Positions 50,614 through 62,216 are shown, numbered from the stretch's first letter. The stretch is DNA of 64,000 nt from an uncultured Lachnospiraceae bacterium (GCA_900316075.1 ONBT01000008.1:664-64663), one strand, 5' to 3'. Translations and numbers: made by a program. The notes: generated from the letters alone by a model not told the origin.

Positions 50614-53449
50614 ATGTCAATGATTATCCAGCACAATATTCAGGCCATGAATAGTAGCCGCATGCTCGGCATTACGACCGGGCTGCAGGCCAAGTCCACG
50701 GAGAAACTGGCTTCGGGCTACAGGATCAACCGGGCGGCGGACGACGCGGCCGGCCTTGCCATATCCGAAAAGATGCGGAAGAAGATCCGGGGCCTGAACC
50801 GGGGCCAGGACAATACCATGGACGGTATTTCATTTGTCCAGGTCGGAGACGGGGCCATGGGCCAGGTGGCAGACATGATCCAGCGCATGAATGTGCTGGC
50901 TGTTCAGGCTGCCAACGGCACGAACTCGGCTTCGGACCGCGAGGCCATCCAGGGCGAAGTTTCCCACCTCAAGAAAGAAATCGACCGGATCAATGAAACG
51001 ACAAAGTTCAATGAAATGAACGTATTTTTACAGGACGAACCGAATATTGCGGAAGTGGAACTGTCCGTGACCGGAAAACCGGACACCCACGACGACCTCA
51101 ATTTCTTCCGGGACGATAATGGAAATGCCGCCGGCATCATTTTCACGGCTACCGGGTCAAGTGGGAAGATATTGATGCAGATCTTTATGATGCAAAAACA
51201 AATACATTTCATAAATGGATGAAGATGTCGGAAATTATGAACTGCATTATCACGGCATGGTTCTTGGACTGAATTTCATTTCCTGCGAAAGCCGCGGGGA
51301 CGAGATCAATGCCGTGAATTACGGCGGAACGAAAAGCATTATTTATGAATGGCATGAGCAGCCGGACGGGACGGAAAGCGATGTGGCTGTAGACGTTGCC
51401 GGGGGCGGAACCCTGACGGTAGACGATGAAAATGGCTACAACAAGAAATCCATGCTTTCGAAATTCGGTGCGGAGGCAAAATTTACAGTGAGGGCGGACG
51501 ATACCGGTGTCTGGCTCACGCACAATGGCTCTGAAGTGACCGGCTCGAAGAAGGCCTGGAAAGACCTGGTCACGATTTCCGCCTCGACATCCACCGACCC
51601 GGACAATAGAGTGACTCCCCTTAATGGAGAAAATACCGGGGGGATCGACGACGAAGACTGGACGGAGAAGCAGGATATTGCCGCCCACGATGATGCCTCG
51701 TTCAAGAACTACCGCTACTACTATATGGATGACGACGGGACAAACGATACCTATATTAATTTCGCGTTTTCCGTCGCGGACAATATCAGCAAAAAGCAGC
51801 TGATTGCTGGAATAGACGGCATTGAGGTCACGAGTGAACTGTCGAATTCCTATACGGCAAAGGCAGAGGGCGGGGTCGGCACCACGATAAATGATGTCAC
51901 CACAAAAGGGTCCGGTAAGTTTCTGACCTTTGAGCAGGAGGTGGCCTTCGGAAGGAATTTCTCTGAAAAAAACGGGACACTTACAGCAACAGGCAGTGTG
52001 ACAAGTGCTTCAGCTGCGGACGGAGCAGCCCTGGAGTTCTCTGCGGGCGGTCAGTCTGTGAAATTGAACGCCGGGGGAAATGAGGTAAATGCTACCTTGT
52101 CCGGCCTGCAGTCTGCCCTGTCTTCCCATATTGCCTATGCGGCTGACGCGGCAGTGGATCAGCTGGCTTCCGCCCAGGCTTCTGAGGACTCGGCCCGCCG
52201 GATTACGTCTTCTACAGGTTCATATACCGACCGAAAGACTGCGGATATCAATCTGAAATTTACAAACGGAGAGACCGGCGACGAGGAAAAGGCCATTACC
52301 ATTTCAGCGGCAAGGGACGTTTCAGTTGATGCACCGAATGTCACGGCCGATTTTGCTACTTCTTCAAGCGGAAAAGATGCCAAGGCCGGCGGCAAATACA
52401 TGGATGAGACGGAATATTCTTCGAACCGGAAGAGTACTTACGACACGGCATATAATAATAAGAAATCCGCACTGACGAGCTCCGACCAGGATGTCCGGCA
52501 GGCGGACAGTGATTATAATACCTGTCAGAAAGCCCGGACGGATGCGGAAGCAGCGGAGCGGACGAAACTGATTAACGGCCTTTCGGCGGACGAAAAGACC
52601 GCATATGACAACGCAAGGGCAGCCGGAAAGTCAGATGATGAAGCCCTGCAGGCAGCAGGCGTCTCTATCTCGTCAATAGCAAGTCAGGGCGAAACGGCCT
52701 ATCAGGCAGCCGTTAAGACAGCTGCTGAAAAGGCCGGGACAAATGCTCTGTAAACAGCAGGCTATGAGAAAACATTTGCCGATGCGGACAAGTACGGCAT
52801 TCAGGTTTCGTTCGGGTCGGAAAAAGTTGTCTATGATTCTGCCTCCGCTTTCAGAAACAGCATTGGGGCCAAGGCTCAAAGTCTTTCGGACAATTTAAAG
52901 ACGACCTCCCTTGACAATTTCCGCAAGGGCCTCTCCGTTTCACTGACCTCAGGCAAAGAAACGACAATTACCCGCTCCGGCCTGGAGAGACGGACCGCGA
53001 CAGACCGGTATACATTTTCTACGGAAATCCGTCCGATTATCAGAGAAGAGAAGATTGACTATGTGGGGATCCAGCACTCGGACGATCTCCCTGACCGGAC
53101 GGTAATCACGCGTTATAATAATTCAACCCGCAGCCTCGGACTGAAGGCCTTCAGTGTGCGGACGGAAAATCAGGCGACCCACGCAATCGACCTGGCAAAG
53201 AATGCCCTGGCCAAGCTTTCCGCCCACCGGTCCGCCTACGGCGCCATGCAGAACCGCCTCGAGCACACCTACAACTCCCGGGCGAATATGGAGGAGAACA
53301 CCCAGGCTGCCGAGACACGGATCCGCGACACGGATATGGCCGAAGAGATGGAGCGGTACAGCAAGAATAATATTCTCGCCCAGGCAGGACAGGCCGTTCT
53401 GGCCCAGGCCAATAATTCCAACCAGGGCGTGCTGGCCCTCCTGCAGTAG
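50614..53449 (+). pseudogene. disrupted giant flagellin gene
   Basis: Flagellin N-domain (50614-51222, LASGYRINRAADDAAGLAISEKMR) and C-domain (ends 53449, AMQNRLEHT..NILAQAGQAVLAQAN) are in different frames. The frame switches around 51160-51220. An in-frame TAA lies at 52751-52753, and the frame is otherwise open from 51215 to 53449. Confidence 0.75.
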
Positions 53450-53463
53450 CATCCTGAAAAATC

Positions 53464-53730
53464 ATGACTGAAGAAAAAATGTATGACAAATATGTTGACA
53501 TCACGGATGTGGTCTGCCCGGTCACTTTCGTGAAGGCCAAGGTCTCCTTCGACGAGATGGAGGTCGGTCAGGTCCTCCGGGTCCATATGAATGCCGGGGA
53601 CCCCAGCCGCAACGTCCCCCGTTCCTTCAAGCTGGAGGGGCAGAAGGTCCTCGAACTCTCCGACAACCACGACGGGACCTGCGAGATGCTTGTTCAAAAG
53701 GTTTCCGAGGAGCCGGAGCGGTACTCGTGA
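53464..53730 (+). CDS. TusA/SirA-like small sulfur-carrier family protein
   Basis: 88 aa. DVVCPVTFVKAK..GQVLRV pattern resembles the TusA CPxP fold motif. Confidence 0.6.
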   Translation: MTEEKMYDKYVDITDVVCPVTFVKAKVSFDEMEVGQVLRVHMNAGDPSRNVPRSFKLEGQKVLELSDNHDGTCEMLVQKVSEEPERYS

Positions 53731-54074
53731 ATCGGAAGACCGGCCCGGCGCTTTCACGCACCACCGCGTTACTGCGTTCTGCATATAGAAACAGTTGCAT
53801 AACCGGTTATTGAAGATTTTTTCGTTTTTATGTATAAAAAATGTAAAATGTCGCCCAAAAAATTTATGCAATTTGTTGTGCCTGCCCTGCAACTTATGCT
53901 ATACTGTCATCAAGATTTTCCAATACCCGTATTGTAAGCGGGTAATTGGACGGGGAGTGCGGGAAAGAGGCCTGTCAGCAGCTTGCGGAAACGGCGCGGG
54001 CAGAAGCGCGGGCCCGCTTTCGGGAGTCCGGCTTCCCGGGTGTGTGAGAAACTGCATGAATAGAGGTGACTGGA

Positions 54075-55349
54075 ATGATGCACAAAGAAATGATTGCCAT
54101 GCTCCTCGCGGGCGGGCAGGGCTCGCGTCTCGGCGTCCTCACCAGCGACGTTGCGAAGCCGGCTGTGGCATTCGGCGGGAAATACCGGATCATCGACTTT
54201 CCGCTCAGCAACTGTATCAACTCCGGAATCGACACCGTGGGCGTACTTACCCAGTACCAGCCCCTGGCCCTGAACCAGCATATCGGTATCGGTATTCCGT
54301 GGGACCTGGACCGCAATGACGGCGGCGTTTCCGTCCTCCCTCCCTATGAGCGGAGCGACAACAGCGAGTGGTATTCAGGCACGGCGAACGCCATTTACCA
54401 GAACCTCCAGTATATAGAAGGCTACGATCCCGACTACGTTCTGATTCTCTCCGGCGACCATATCTACAAGATGGACTACGAGGCCATGCTGGACTTCCAC
54501 AAGCAGAACCAGGCGGATGTGACGATTGCCGCGATTCCGGTTCCCATGGAAGAGGCTTCCCGCTTCGGTATCGTCATCACGGATGAGAACAAGCGCATCA
54601 CCGAGTTCGAGGAGAAGCCCGAGCACCCGCGGTCGAATATGGCTTCGATGGGCATCTATATCTTCTCCTGGCCGGCCCTGAAGGAAGCCCTGATTGCCCT
54701 GAAAGACCAGAGCAACTGCGACTTCGGCAAGCATATTATTCCATACTGCCACGAAAAGGGCGAGCGTATCTATGCCTTCGAGTTCAACGGCTACTGGAAG
54801 GACGTCGGAACCCTCGGCTCCTATTGGCAGGCGAATATGGAGCTCATCGACCTCATCCCGGAGTTCAATCTCTATGAGGAGTTCTGGAAGATCTACACCA
54901 AGCAGAGCCTGATTGAGCCCCTGTATGTGGCGGACTCGTCGACGATTTCGAAATCCATTATCGGCGCGGGCTGCCGGATTCACGGCGAGGTCACGAATTC
55001 CGTCCTCTCGGCCGGCGTCATAGTGGAAGAGGGGGCCTGCATCCGCGATTCCATTATTATGAAGAATACCGTCATCCACAAGGGTGCGTACATTGAAAAG
55101 TCCATCATAGCGGAGCGCTGCGAGATCGGCGAAAACACGAAGGTCGGCGTCGGCGACGAGCTGGAGTCCAAGCTCAACGCCTCCATCTACAGCTTCGGCC
55201 TGGCCACCATCGGCAACGGCAGTGTCATTCCGGCGAATGTAACCATCGGCAAGAACACCGCAATCAAGGGCGTTACGGACATGAACGATTATCCGAACAA
55301 CAGTCTTGAGGGCGGCGGATATATCATTAAGGCAGGTGATGTAGCATGA
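54075..55349 (+). CDS. glgC: glucose-1-phosphate adenylyltransferase
   Basis: [15 protein letters not shown] and GTANAIYQN motifs with a left-handed beta-helix C-terminus. Confidence 0.9.
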   Translation: MMHKEMIAMLLAGGQGSRLGVLTSDVAKPAVAFGGKYRIIDFPLSNCINSGIDTVGVLTQYQPLALNQHIGIGIPWDLDRNDGGVSVLPPYERSDNSEWYSGTANAIYQNLQYIEGYDPDYVLILSGDHIYKMDYEAMLDFHKQNQADVTIAAIPVPMEEASRFGIVITDENKRITEFEEKPEHPRSNMASMGIYIFSWPALKEALIALKDQSNCDFGKHIIPYCHEKGERIYAFEFNGYWKDVGTLGSYWQANMELIDLIPEFNLYEEFWKIYTKQSLIEPLYVADSSTISKSIIGAGCRIHGEVTNSVLSAGVIVEEGACIRDSIIMKNTVIHKGAYIEKSIIAERCEIGENTKVGVGDELESKLNASIYSFGLATIGNGSVIPANVTIGKNTAIKGVTDMNDYPNNSLEGGGYIIKAGDVA

Positions 55350-56464
55350 AGGCACTCGGAATCATACTTGCAGGCGGCAACTCCCAGAAGATGCGGGAAC
55401 TCTCCGAAAAGCGGGCCATTTCCGCCATGCCCATTGCCTGCAGCTACCGCAGCATTGACTTCTCCCTTTCGAACATGACGAATTCCGGCATTCAGACCGT
55501 GGCGGTGCTTTCCCAGTACAACGCCCGCTCCCTGAATGAACACCTGAATTCCTCCAAGTGGTGGAATTTCGGCCGCAAGCAGGGCGGTCTCTTCCTCTTC
55601 ACCCCGACTGTCACGGCGGACAACTCCTGGTGGTACCGGGGCACGGCCGACGCCATGTGGCAGAACATCGACTTCCTGAAGCAGCGGCACGAGCCCTACG
55701 TCGTCATTTCAAGCGGCGACTGCGTCTACAAGATGGACTTCGGGCCGGTGCTCGACTTCCATATCCAGAAGCAGGCCGACATCACCATCGTCTGCGCCCA
55801 CGCGCCCGAGGGGGACGACATCTCCCGTTTCGGTACCGTGAAGATTGACAATGAAGGCCTTGTGACCGAGTTTGAAGAGAAGCCCATGATGGCCCATTCG
55901 AATATCGTCTCCACCGGCACTTACATCATCCGCCGGCGGAAGCTGGTCGAGCTCCTGGAGCAGTGCAACCGCGAGGGCCGCTACAATTTCGTCACGGATA
56001 TCCTGGTCCGCTACAAGGGCATGAAGAAGATTTACGGCTACATGCTCGACGATTACTGGTCGAATATCGCCACGGTCGAGTCCTATTACCGGACGAATAT
56101 GGACTTCCTGAAGCCCGAGGTTCAGGACTTCTTCTTCCGCGAGGATTCGAAGATCTACTCCAAGGCCCAGGACCTGCCGCCCGCCAAGTTCAATGTCGGC
56201 TCGGGCGTCAAGAACAGCCTCATCGGCTCCGGCTGCATCATCAATTCCTACGTGGAGAACAGCGTCATCTTCAAGCGGGTCTTCATCGGGAACAATTCCA
56301 CGGTGAAGAATTCCATCATCATGAACGGGGCTTACATCGGGGACAATGTTCACGTGGAGAACTGCATCGTAGAGAGCAATGAAACCCTCCTCTCCGACCA
56401 GAACTACATCGGGGAGAACGAAATCAAGGTCGTCTTCGAGCGGAAGAACCGCTACGGGGTCTGA
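55346..56464 (+). CDS. glgD: glucose-1-phosphate adenylyltransferase regulatory subunit GlgD
   Basis: Paralogue of GlgC with a degenerate N-terminal loop ([14 protein letters not shown]). Overlaps the glgC stop by 4 nt. Confidence 0.85.
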   Translation: MKALGIILAGGNSQKMRELSEKRAISAMPIACSYRSIDFSLSNMTNSGIQTVAVLSQYNARSLNEHLNSSKWWNFGRKQGGLFLFTPTVTADNSWWYRGTADAMWQNIDFLKQRHEPYVVISSGDCVYKMDFGPVLDFHIQKQADITIVCAHAPEGDDISRFGTVKIDNEGLVTEFEEKPMMAHSNIVSTGTYIIRRRKLVELLEQCNREGRYNFVTDILVRYKGMKKIYGYMLDDYWSNIATVESYYRTNMDFLKPEVQDFFFREDSKIYSKAQDLPPAKFNVGSGVKNSLIGSGCIINSYVENSVIFKRVFIGNNSTVKNSIIMNGAYIGDNVHVENCIVESNETLLSDQNYIGENEIKVVFERKNRYGV

Positions 56465-56678
56465 CTTGCAGTGAGTGAAAAATCGTGCTATTATGCCGGG
56501 AGCATTGGCACGGAAACAGTGACTTTCAGGGGACCTGCCTTTTGGCGGGTCCCTATTATTTTGCCGTTCAAATGCAAGCTTTCCGTCCCATATAGATGCT
56601 CCATGAGAATAATATAAACCGCAGGGGTACCTCCTCTGCGGCACTTTGGCGTACAGCGAAAAGAAAGGAACGTCTGAT

Positions 56679-57242
56679 ATGTATATCGTAGCCGGCCTGG
56701 GGAATCCGGGCCTCAAGTACCGCCACACCCGCCACAATACGGGGTTTGATGCCATAGACACCATGGCAAAGGCTTTAGGGTGCGACGTGAAGAAGGACGA
56801 GTGCCGGGCAAAGACCGGAAGCACGGTCATTGCCGGGCAGAAGGTCCTCCTTGTAAAGCCCCAGACCTTCATGAATCTTTCCGGCGAGTCCCTGCAGGCC
56901 CTGTGCGCTTATTATAAGGTGAATCCCGAAGAGGGCCTGATTGTCATCTCCGACGACATCGCCCTGCCGGCCGGGAAAATCAGAATCCGCCACAAGGGCT
57001 CGGCCGGCGGCCACAACGGACTCAAAGACATCATCAAAAACTGCGGGACGGATGCCTTCGTCCGCCTCCGGATTGGGGTCGGCACCCTGCCGGCAGGCCA
57101 GGACATGATTTCCTTCGTCCTCGGCCGCGAGAGCAAGGACGACCGTCGGGCCGTGGAAGAGGCCTTCGAAAAATGCCTGCCGGCGGTTGAGACCATTATT
57201 ATGCAGGGAACAGAGAAAGCCATGTGCGCCTTCAACGGGTGA
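56679..57242 (+). CDS. pth: peptidyl-tRNA hydrolase
   Basis: MYIVAGLGNPG..YRHTRHNTGF and GSAGGHNGLKDI motifs. Confidence 0.9.
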   Translation: MYIVAGLGNPGLKYRHTRHNTGFDAIDTMAKALGCDVKKDECRAKTGSTVIAGQKVLLVKPQTFMNLSGESLQALCAYYKVNPEEGLIVISDDIALPAGKIRIRHKGSAGGHNGLKDIIKNCGTDAFVRLRIGVGTLPAGQDMISFVLGRESKDDRRAVEEAFEKCLPAVETIIMQGTEKAMCAFNG

Positions 57243-57381
57243 TGGGCGGTATTTGCGTTTAAATGCAAGAAAAGAGACCCACAAATTCCTTGCAAGCCCA
57301 AAGCATGGGCGGTATTTACATTTAAAAGCAAGAAAAGAGACTCTTATAATCCCATCAAGCCCGAAGCATGGGCGGTATTTG
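57242..57381. repeat. 63-bp tandem repeat (2.2 units) with the same ATGGGCGGTATTT core as the 50-kb array
   Basis: Cores at 57242, 57305 and 57368. The array fills the pth-mfd spacer, and the first core overlaps the pth stop codon. Confidence 0.85.
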
Positions 57382-57395
57382 TACAGGAAGCGACT

Positions 57396-60300
57396 ATGAG
57401 CGACATATATACCCAGGCCATACAGGGTCTGGCGGAAATTGACACGCTGCGGGATGCCCTGAAGAAGGGGACGGGCTCGCAGGGAGCGCTCGCCCTGGGC
57501 GGCGTCTCCGACAGCGCGAAGAATCTCGTCCTCTACGGGGCCGCAGGCGACATCCCCTGGAAGATCGTGGTCTGTGAGAACGACCGGACGGCGAAGGAGC
57601 GGGCGGCAGAGTACGCCTGGTTCGACGAGAACACGGTCTTCTTCCCGGGGAAGGACCTTTTGTTCTATCAGTCCGACCTCCGGTCGAACGAGCTCACGCG
57701 CGAGCGGATCAAGGCCATAGACGCCTTTCTTCACAAGGACCGGCTCACGATCTTTGCGAGCGCATCGGCCCTCATGAATATGCTGCCTCCGCGGGAGAAT
57801 TTCGAAAAGGGCTTCATGACGATTTCCGACCTCGACACCATAGAGCCGGATGCCCTCATAAAGCTCCTTGTGAAGAACGGCTATGAGAATGTGACGGAAG
57901 TGGCCGGACCGGGAGAGTTTACGTCCAGAGGTGGCATCATAGATGTCTTCCCCCTGACGGCAGAGTACCCGGTCCGTATGGAATTCTTCGGGGACGAAAT
58001 CGACTCCATGCGGACATTCGACACCGAGTCCCAGAAGTCCATAGAAAAAATCGAATCCTTCACCCTCTGCCCGGCCGGCGAATTCATCGTGAGCGGAGAG
58101 GAGAAGGCGGCCGGAATCAAGGCTGTGAAAGCCGACCTGAAGAAACAGTATGACACTTTGCGGGAAGCGAAGGAGACCGAGGCCGCCTTCCGCGTCAAGA
58201 CCCGGCTCGAGGACTTCGAAGAGGCGGTGGAGACCGGCTGGTTCGGCCAGGAGTTTGAGACCTACCTGCCCTATTTCTGCAAAAAGGCCGTATCCCTGAC
58301 GGACTGGCTGCCCAAAGAGGGCAGCCTCCTCGTCTTCGACGAGCCCTCAAGGATTTCAACCGCCGTCAAAGGCATTTCCGACGAATTTTCCGAGTCCATG
58401 AAACGGCGGATTGAAACCGGCGAAGCCGCCCCCCGCCAGGCGGAACTCCTTTTCTCGGAGGAGAGCACATACGCTCGCTGGGGCTCGCTCCCGGGCCTTA
58501 CATTATCCATGCTGGACTATACGAAGGGGAAGATCAGGGTCGCTGCCCGCTACTACATCCACACGACCGAAGTCGTCTCCTACCGGCGGGATTTCGACCT
58601 CTTCACGAAGGACCTGGCCAAGTACCGGAAGAATAAGTTCCGGGTAGCCGTCATCTCCCCTTCAAGAACCAGGGCAAAAAAACTTGCCGAGGACATCCAG
58701 TCCTACGGGGTCAACTGCTACTACAGCGAGGACCTGGACCGGGATACGGTGCCCGGGGAAATCATCGTCACCGTGGGGGGACTCACCACCGGCACCATCA
58801 TCGACGCCTCCGGCTGGGTCTTCATCACGGAGACGGACATCTTCGGCTCTTCGGTCCGCAAGAAGACGCGGAAAATCAAGCGTTACACGGGCGGGGAGAA
58901 GGTCCGGTCCCTGAGGGACCTGCATGTGGGCGACTACGTCGTGCACGAAAACTACGGCCTGGGCATCTACCGGGGCCTGGAAAAAATCGACGTGGGCGGG
59001 GTCACCAAGGACTACATCAAGATCGCCTACGCCAAGGGGGACAACCTCTACATCCTGGCCACCCAGTTCGACATGATCGGCAAGTACTCCGGGGCCGAGG
59101 GGAAGAAACCCAAGTTAAATGCATTAAACTCCCGTGAGTGGAGTGAAACCAAGTCCCGCGTCAGGAAGGCCGTCGGTGAGATTGCGGACGACCTGGTGGA
59201 GCTCTATGCCGAGCGGCAGCAGGAGACAGGCTTTGTCTACAGCAAAGACGGGCAGATGCAGCGGGAGTTCGAGGACAACTTCCCCTACGAGGAGACCGAC
59301 AGCCAGCTGGCCGCCATCGAGGACGTGAAGAAGGACATGGAATCCCCGAAGATCATGGACCGCCTCATCTGCGGAGATGTGGGCTACGGGAAGACCGAAG
59401 TCGCCCTGCGTGCCGCCTTCAAGGCCGTCTGCGACGGGAAGCAGGTCGTCTATTTATGTCCCACAACAATTCTGGCCGAGCAGCACTACAATACCTTCAC
59501 GGAGCGCATGAGTCCCTTTGCGGTTTCAGTGGCCATGATGAGCCGCTTCCGCAGCGCCGCTGAAAACAAGAAGACCGTATGCGGCCTGAAAAACGGGACC
59601 GTGGACGTCTGCATCGCCACCCACCGGGTCCTGTCCAAAGACGTGGCCTTCAAGAACCTGGGGCTTTTAATTATTGATGAGGAACAGCGCTTCGGGGTCA
59701 CCCACAAGGAGAAGATCAAGAAGCTGAAGAAGAATGTCGACGTCCTCTCCCTTTCGGCGACCCCCATCCCGCGGACCCTCCACATGAGCCTGGCCGGCAT
59801 CCGGGACATGAGCCTTCTCGAAGAGGCCCCCGTCGACCGCATGCCCATCCAGACCTTCGTCATGGAGCGGAGCCCGGAAATCGTCCGGGAAGCCATCGAC
59901 CGGGAACTGGCCCGGGGCGGGCAGGTCTATTATGTTTACAATAAGGTAAAGGACATCGCCGACGTAGCCGCGGAAATCCAGAAGCTGGTGCCCGACGCCT
60001 CCGTCGCCTTCGCCCACGGGAAGATGTCGGAAGGGGACCTGGAGTCCATCATGAGCGACTTCATCAACCGCCGCATCGACGTCCTCGTGGCCACGACCAT
60101 CATCGAAATCGGCCTCGATATCAGCAATGTAAACACAATCATCATCCACGACGCCGACCGCCTGGGCCTCTCCCAGCTCTATCAGCTCCGGGGCCGGGTC
60201 GGCCGCAGTAACCGCACCGCCTACGCCTTCCTCATGTATCGGAAGGACCGGATGCTTGCTGAGGTGGCCGAAAAGCGCCTGGCTGCCATCCGGGAGTTCA

Positions 60301-60989
60301 CGGACTTAGGGTCCGGTTTCAAGATTGCCATGCGGGACCTTGAGATCCGCGGGGCAGGAAACCTTCTGGGCGAGGCCCAGAGCGGCCACATGGAAGCCGT
60401 CGGCTATGACCTCTACGTCAAGCTCCTTTCCGAGGCCATCGCCGCGAAGAAGGGCCAGGAGACCGCGCCCGACTTCGAGACCTCCATCGATCTCATGATC
60501 GACGCCTACATCCCCGAGACCTACATCCCGGACGCTTCCCAGAAGCTGGAGGCATATAAGCGCATCGCCGGCATCAAGACCGAAGAGGACCGGACCGACG
60601 TCACGGATGAGCTCCTCGACCGCTACGGGGACCTGCCGAAGCCAGTGTCAAATCTCATGGACATTGCCATTTTAAAGGCCAGGGCCCACGCGGCATTCAT
60701 TACTAATATAAAACAAAAGGGGTCGGTCTATACTTTCGCCTTGCTGCCCAGCGGGCAGATTGATCCGGGACAGATTCCGGCCTTTGTCGAAGCCGAAAAG
60801 CCCTACCTCAGGTTTAACGTTGGCCGTGGGGCAGCAGGCGCGGAAGGCGCCGTTCCCCCCTCCTTCACCTTCGACGCCGCCGCAAATAACCGCCTCTCCA
60901 AAGCCGATGTCGCGGCGATTCCCACGCGGATTGTGGCGGAAATCGCAGACCGTCTGGTCATGAAAGACCCCGCCCCCGCGGAGGACTGA
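57396..60989 (+). CDS. mfd: transcription-repair coupling factor
   Basis: 1197 aa with a UvrB-homology N-terminus, CarD-like domain, DEAD/helicase motifs (GDVGYGKTEVA, LLIIDEEQRFG) and TRCF C-terminal domain. Confidence 0.95.
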   Translation: MSDIYTQAIQGLAEIDTLRDALKKGTGSQGALALGGVSDSAKNLVLYGAAGDIPWKIVVCENDRTAKERAAEYAWFDENTVFFPGKDLLFYQSDLRSNELTRERIKAIDAFLHKDRLTIFASASALMNMLPPRENFEKGFMTISDLDTIEPDALIKLLVKNGYENVTEVAGPGEFTSRGGIIDVFPLTAEYPVRMEFFGDEIDSMRTFDTESQKSIEKIESFTLCPAGEFIVSGEEKAAGIKAVKADLKKQYDTLREAKETEAAFRVKTRLEDFEEAVETGWFGQEFETYLPYFCKKAVSLTDWLPKEGSLLVFDEPSRISTAVKGISDEFSESMKRRIETGEAAPRQAELLFSEESTYARWGSLPGLTLSMLDYTKGKIRVAARYYIHTTEVVSYRRDFDLFTKDLAKYRKNKFRVAVISPSRTRAKKLAEDIQSYGVNCYYSEDLDRDTVPGEIIVTVGGLTTGTIIDASGWVFITETDIFGSSVRKKTRKIKRYTGGEKVRSLRDLHVGDYVVHENYGLGIYRGLEKIDVGGVTKDYIKIAYAKGDNLYILATQFDMIGKYSGAEGKKPKLNALNSREWSETKSRVRKAVGEIADDLVELYAERQQETGFVYSKDGQMQREFEDNFPYEETDSQLAAIEDVKKDMESPKIMDRLICGDVGYGKTEVALRAAFKAVCDGKQVVYLCPTTILAEQHYNTFTERMSPFAVSVAMMSRFRSAAENKKTVCGLKNGTVDVCIATHRVLSKDVAFKNLGLLIIDEEQRFGVTHKEKIKKLKKNVDVLSLSATPIPRTLHMSLAGIRDMSLLEEAPVDRMPIQTFVMERSPEIVREAIDRELARGGQVYYVYNKVKDIADVAAEIQKLVPDASVAFAHGKMSEGDLESIMSDFINRRIDVLVATTIIEIGLDISNVNTIIIHDADRLGLSQLYQLRGRVGRSNRTAYAFLMYRKDRMLAEVAEKRLAAIREFTDLGSGFKIAMRDLEIRGAGNLLGEAQSGHMEAVGYDLYVKLLSEAIAAKKGQETAPDFETSIDLMIDAYIPETYIPDASQKLEAYKRIAGIKTEEDRTDVTDELLDRYGDLPKPVSNLMDIAILKARAHAAFITNIKQKGSVYTFALLPSGQIDPGQIPAFVEAEKPYLRFNVGRGAAGAEGAVPPSFTFDAAANNRLSKADVAAIPTRIVAEIADRLVMKDPAPAED

Positions 60990-61010
60990 AGCCGGATTTC
61001 AAAAAAGAAG

Positions 61011-61039
61011 TTTACTAATCAGCCCCTTCCCGCTATAAT
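61011..61039 (+). promoter_or_regulatory. sigma-A promoter
   Basis: TTTACT, 17-nt spacer, TATAAT, 38 nt upstream of ATG 61077. Confidence 0.5.
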
Positions 61040-61076
61040 AGACAAGTTAAAAATTAGATTTGGAGGTTTTGTTTTC

Positions 61077-62216
61077 ATGTTCAATAGAAAGTCTGTCGCA
61101 AAGCTGGCCGCTGCCGGTCTTGCGGCTGCCATGGTCCTCACCGGCTGCACACCGGCTGCAAGCAGCACACTTGTCAATATCAACAAGGGCGAGGCAAAGA
61201 TCGAGTACGGCTACGGCTATTTCATGGCCAAGTATTACCAGTCCCTTTATGATATGACCTACGGCTCCTACTACGGGAGCAGTTTCTGGACCCAGGACCT
61301 GGCCAATGACGGCTCCACGATGGAAGCGGATGTCAAGGATTCCGTCATGGACGAGATGAAGTCCGAGTACATCCTGAACCAGCATACCTCCGATTACAAT
61401 ATTTCTCTGACGGACGACGAGACGAAGGCCATCGACGACGCGGTTGACAAGTTCTTCTCCGACAATGACGAGGATGCCCTGAAGGCCATGGGCGCCACGA
61501 AGGACTATGTCAAAAAGATGCTTACCGACAATACCGTCACGGCGAAGATGAAGTCCGCCATCGAGGCGGAGACCGAGGTCTCCCTGACCGACGACGAGAC
61601 CGGTCAGTCAAAGATTTCCTACGTGAAGTTCTCCACAGCGGCCACAACCGATTCCGACGGCAACAAGACCGAGATGTCCGACGAGGACAAGGCGGCAGCC
61701 AAGGCCAAGGCCGACGAGCTGGCCAGTGTGATGGCAGCTGATTTCGAAGACAAGGCCAAGGAACTCGACGCTTCCGTTCAGACCTATACCTATACGACGG
61801 CTGCGGATTCCTATGAAAACGAGAGCCTGCCCGAGGCAGTCATCAAGGCGGCCAAGGAAGTCGAGGAAGGCCACACCAGCGGCGTCATCGAGGATGCCGA
61901 TACCGGCTATTATGTCGTCCGCATGGATGCGGTCCATGACGACGAAGCCACGGCCACGAAGACCAAGGAGCTGACCCAGTCCGCCCAGGAGGACCATTAC
62001 AAGGAAGTTCTCGACGGCTGGGAATCGGACCTCAAGTGGTCCGTTGACGACAAGCTCTGGAAGAAGGTCACGATGACCGACTCCACTTTCACGATGAAGC
62101 AGAGCACGACGGATACCAGCACAGACACAACCTCTGACGGGGCTGTGTCCACCGACAGCGGCGCGGATACTACTTCCGACGGGGCAGTATCCACTGACAG
62201 CACCAGCGGCAATTAA
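61077..62216 (+). CDS. lipoprotein, SurA-N/PrsA-like chaperone domain, no obvious PPIase core
   Basis: Lipobox LTGC after the signal peptide. Position after mfd is typical of prsA-like genes in Clostridia. C-terminal TSDGAVSTDS repeats. Confidence 0.6.
   Translation: MFNRKSVAKLAAAGLAAAMVLTGCTPAASSTLVNINKGEAKIEYGYGYFMAKYYQSLYDMTYGSYYGSSFWTQDLANDGSTMEADVKDSVMDEMKSEYILNQHTSDYNISLTDDETKAIDDAVDKFFSDNDEDALKAMGATKDYVKKMLTDNTVTAKMKSAIEAETEVSLTDDETGQSKISYVKFSTAATTDSDGNKTEMSDEDKAAAKAKADELASVMAADFEDKAKELDASVQTYTYTTAADSYENESLPEAVIKAAKEVEEGHTSGVIEDADTGYYVVRMDAVHDDEATATKTKELTQSAQEDHYKEVLDGWESDLKWSVDDKLWKKVTMTDSTFTMKQSTTDTSTDTTSDGAVSTDSGADTTSDGAVSTDSTSGN

Noticed and set aside
51215-51222. ATGGATGA start/stop overlap as evidence for a genuinely split, translationally coupled flagellin.
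   Set aside because: The third frame bridges the two ORFs with sensible protein-like sequence. Two 1-nt gaps restore continuity, and a further in-frame TAA at 52751 interrupts the gene. Pseudogenisation is the simpler reading.
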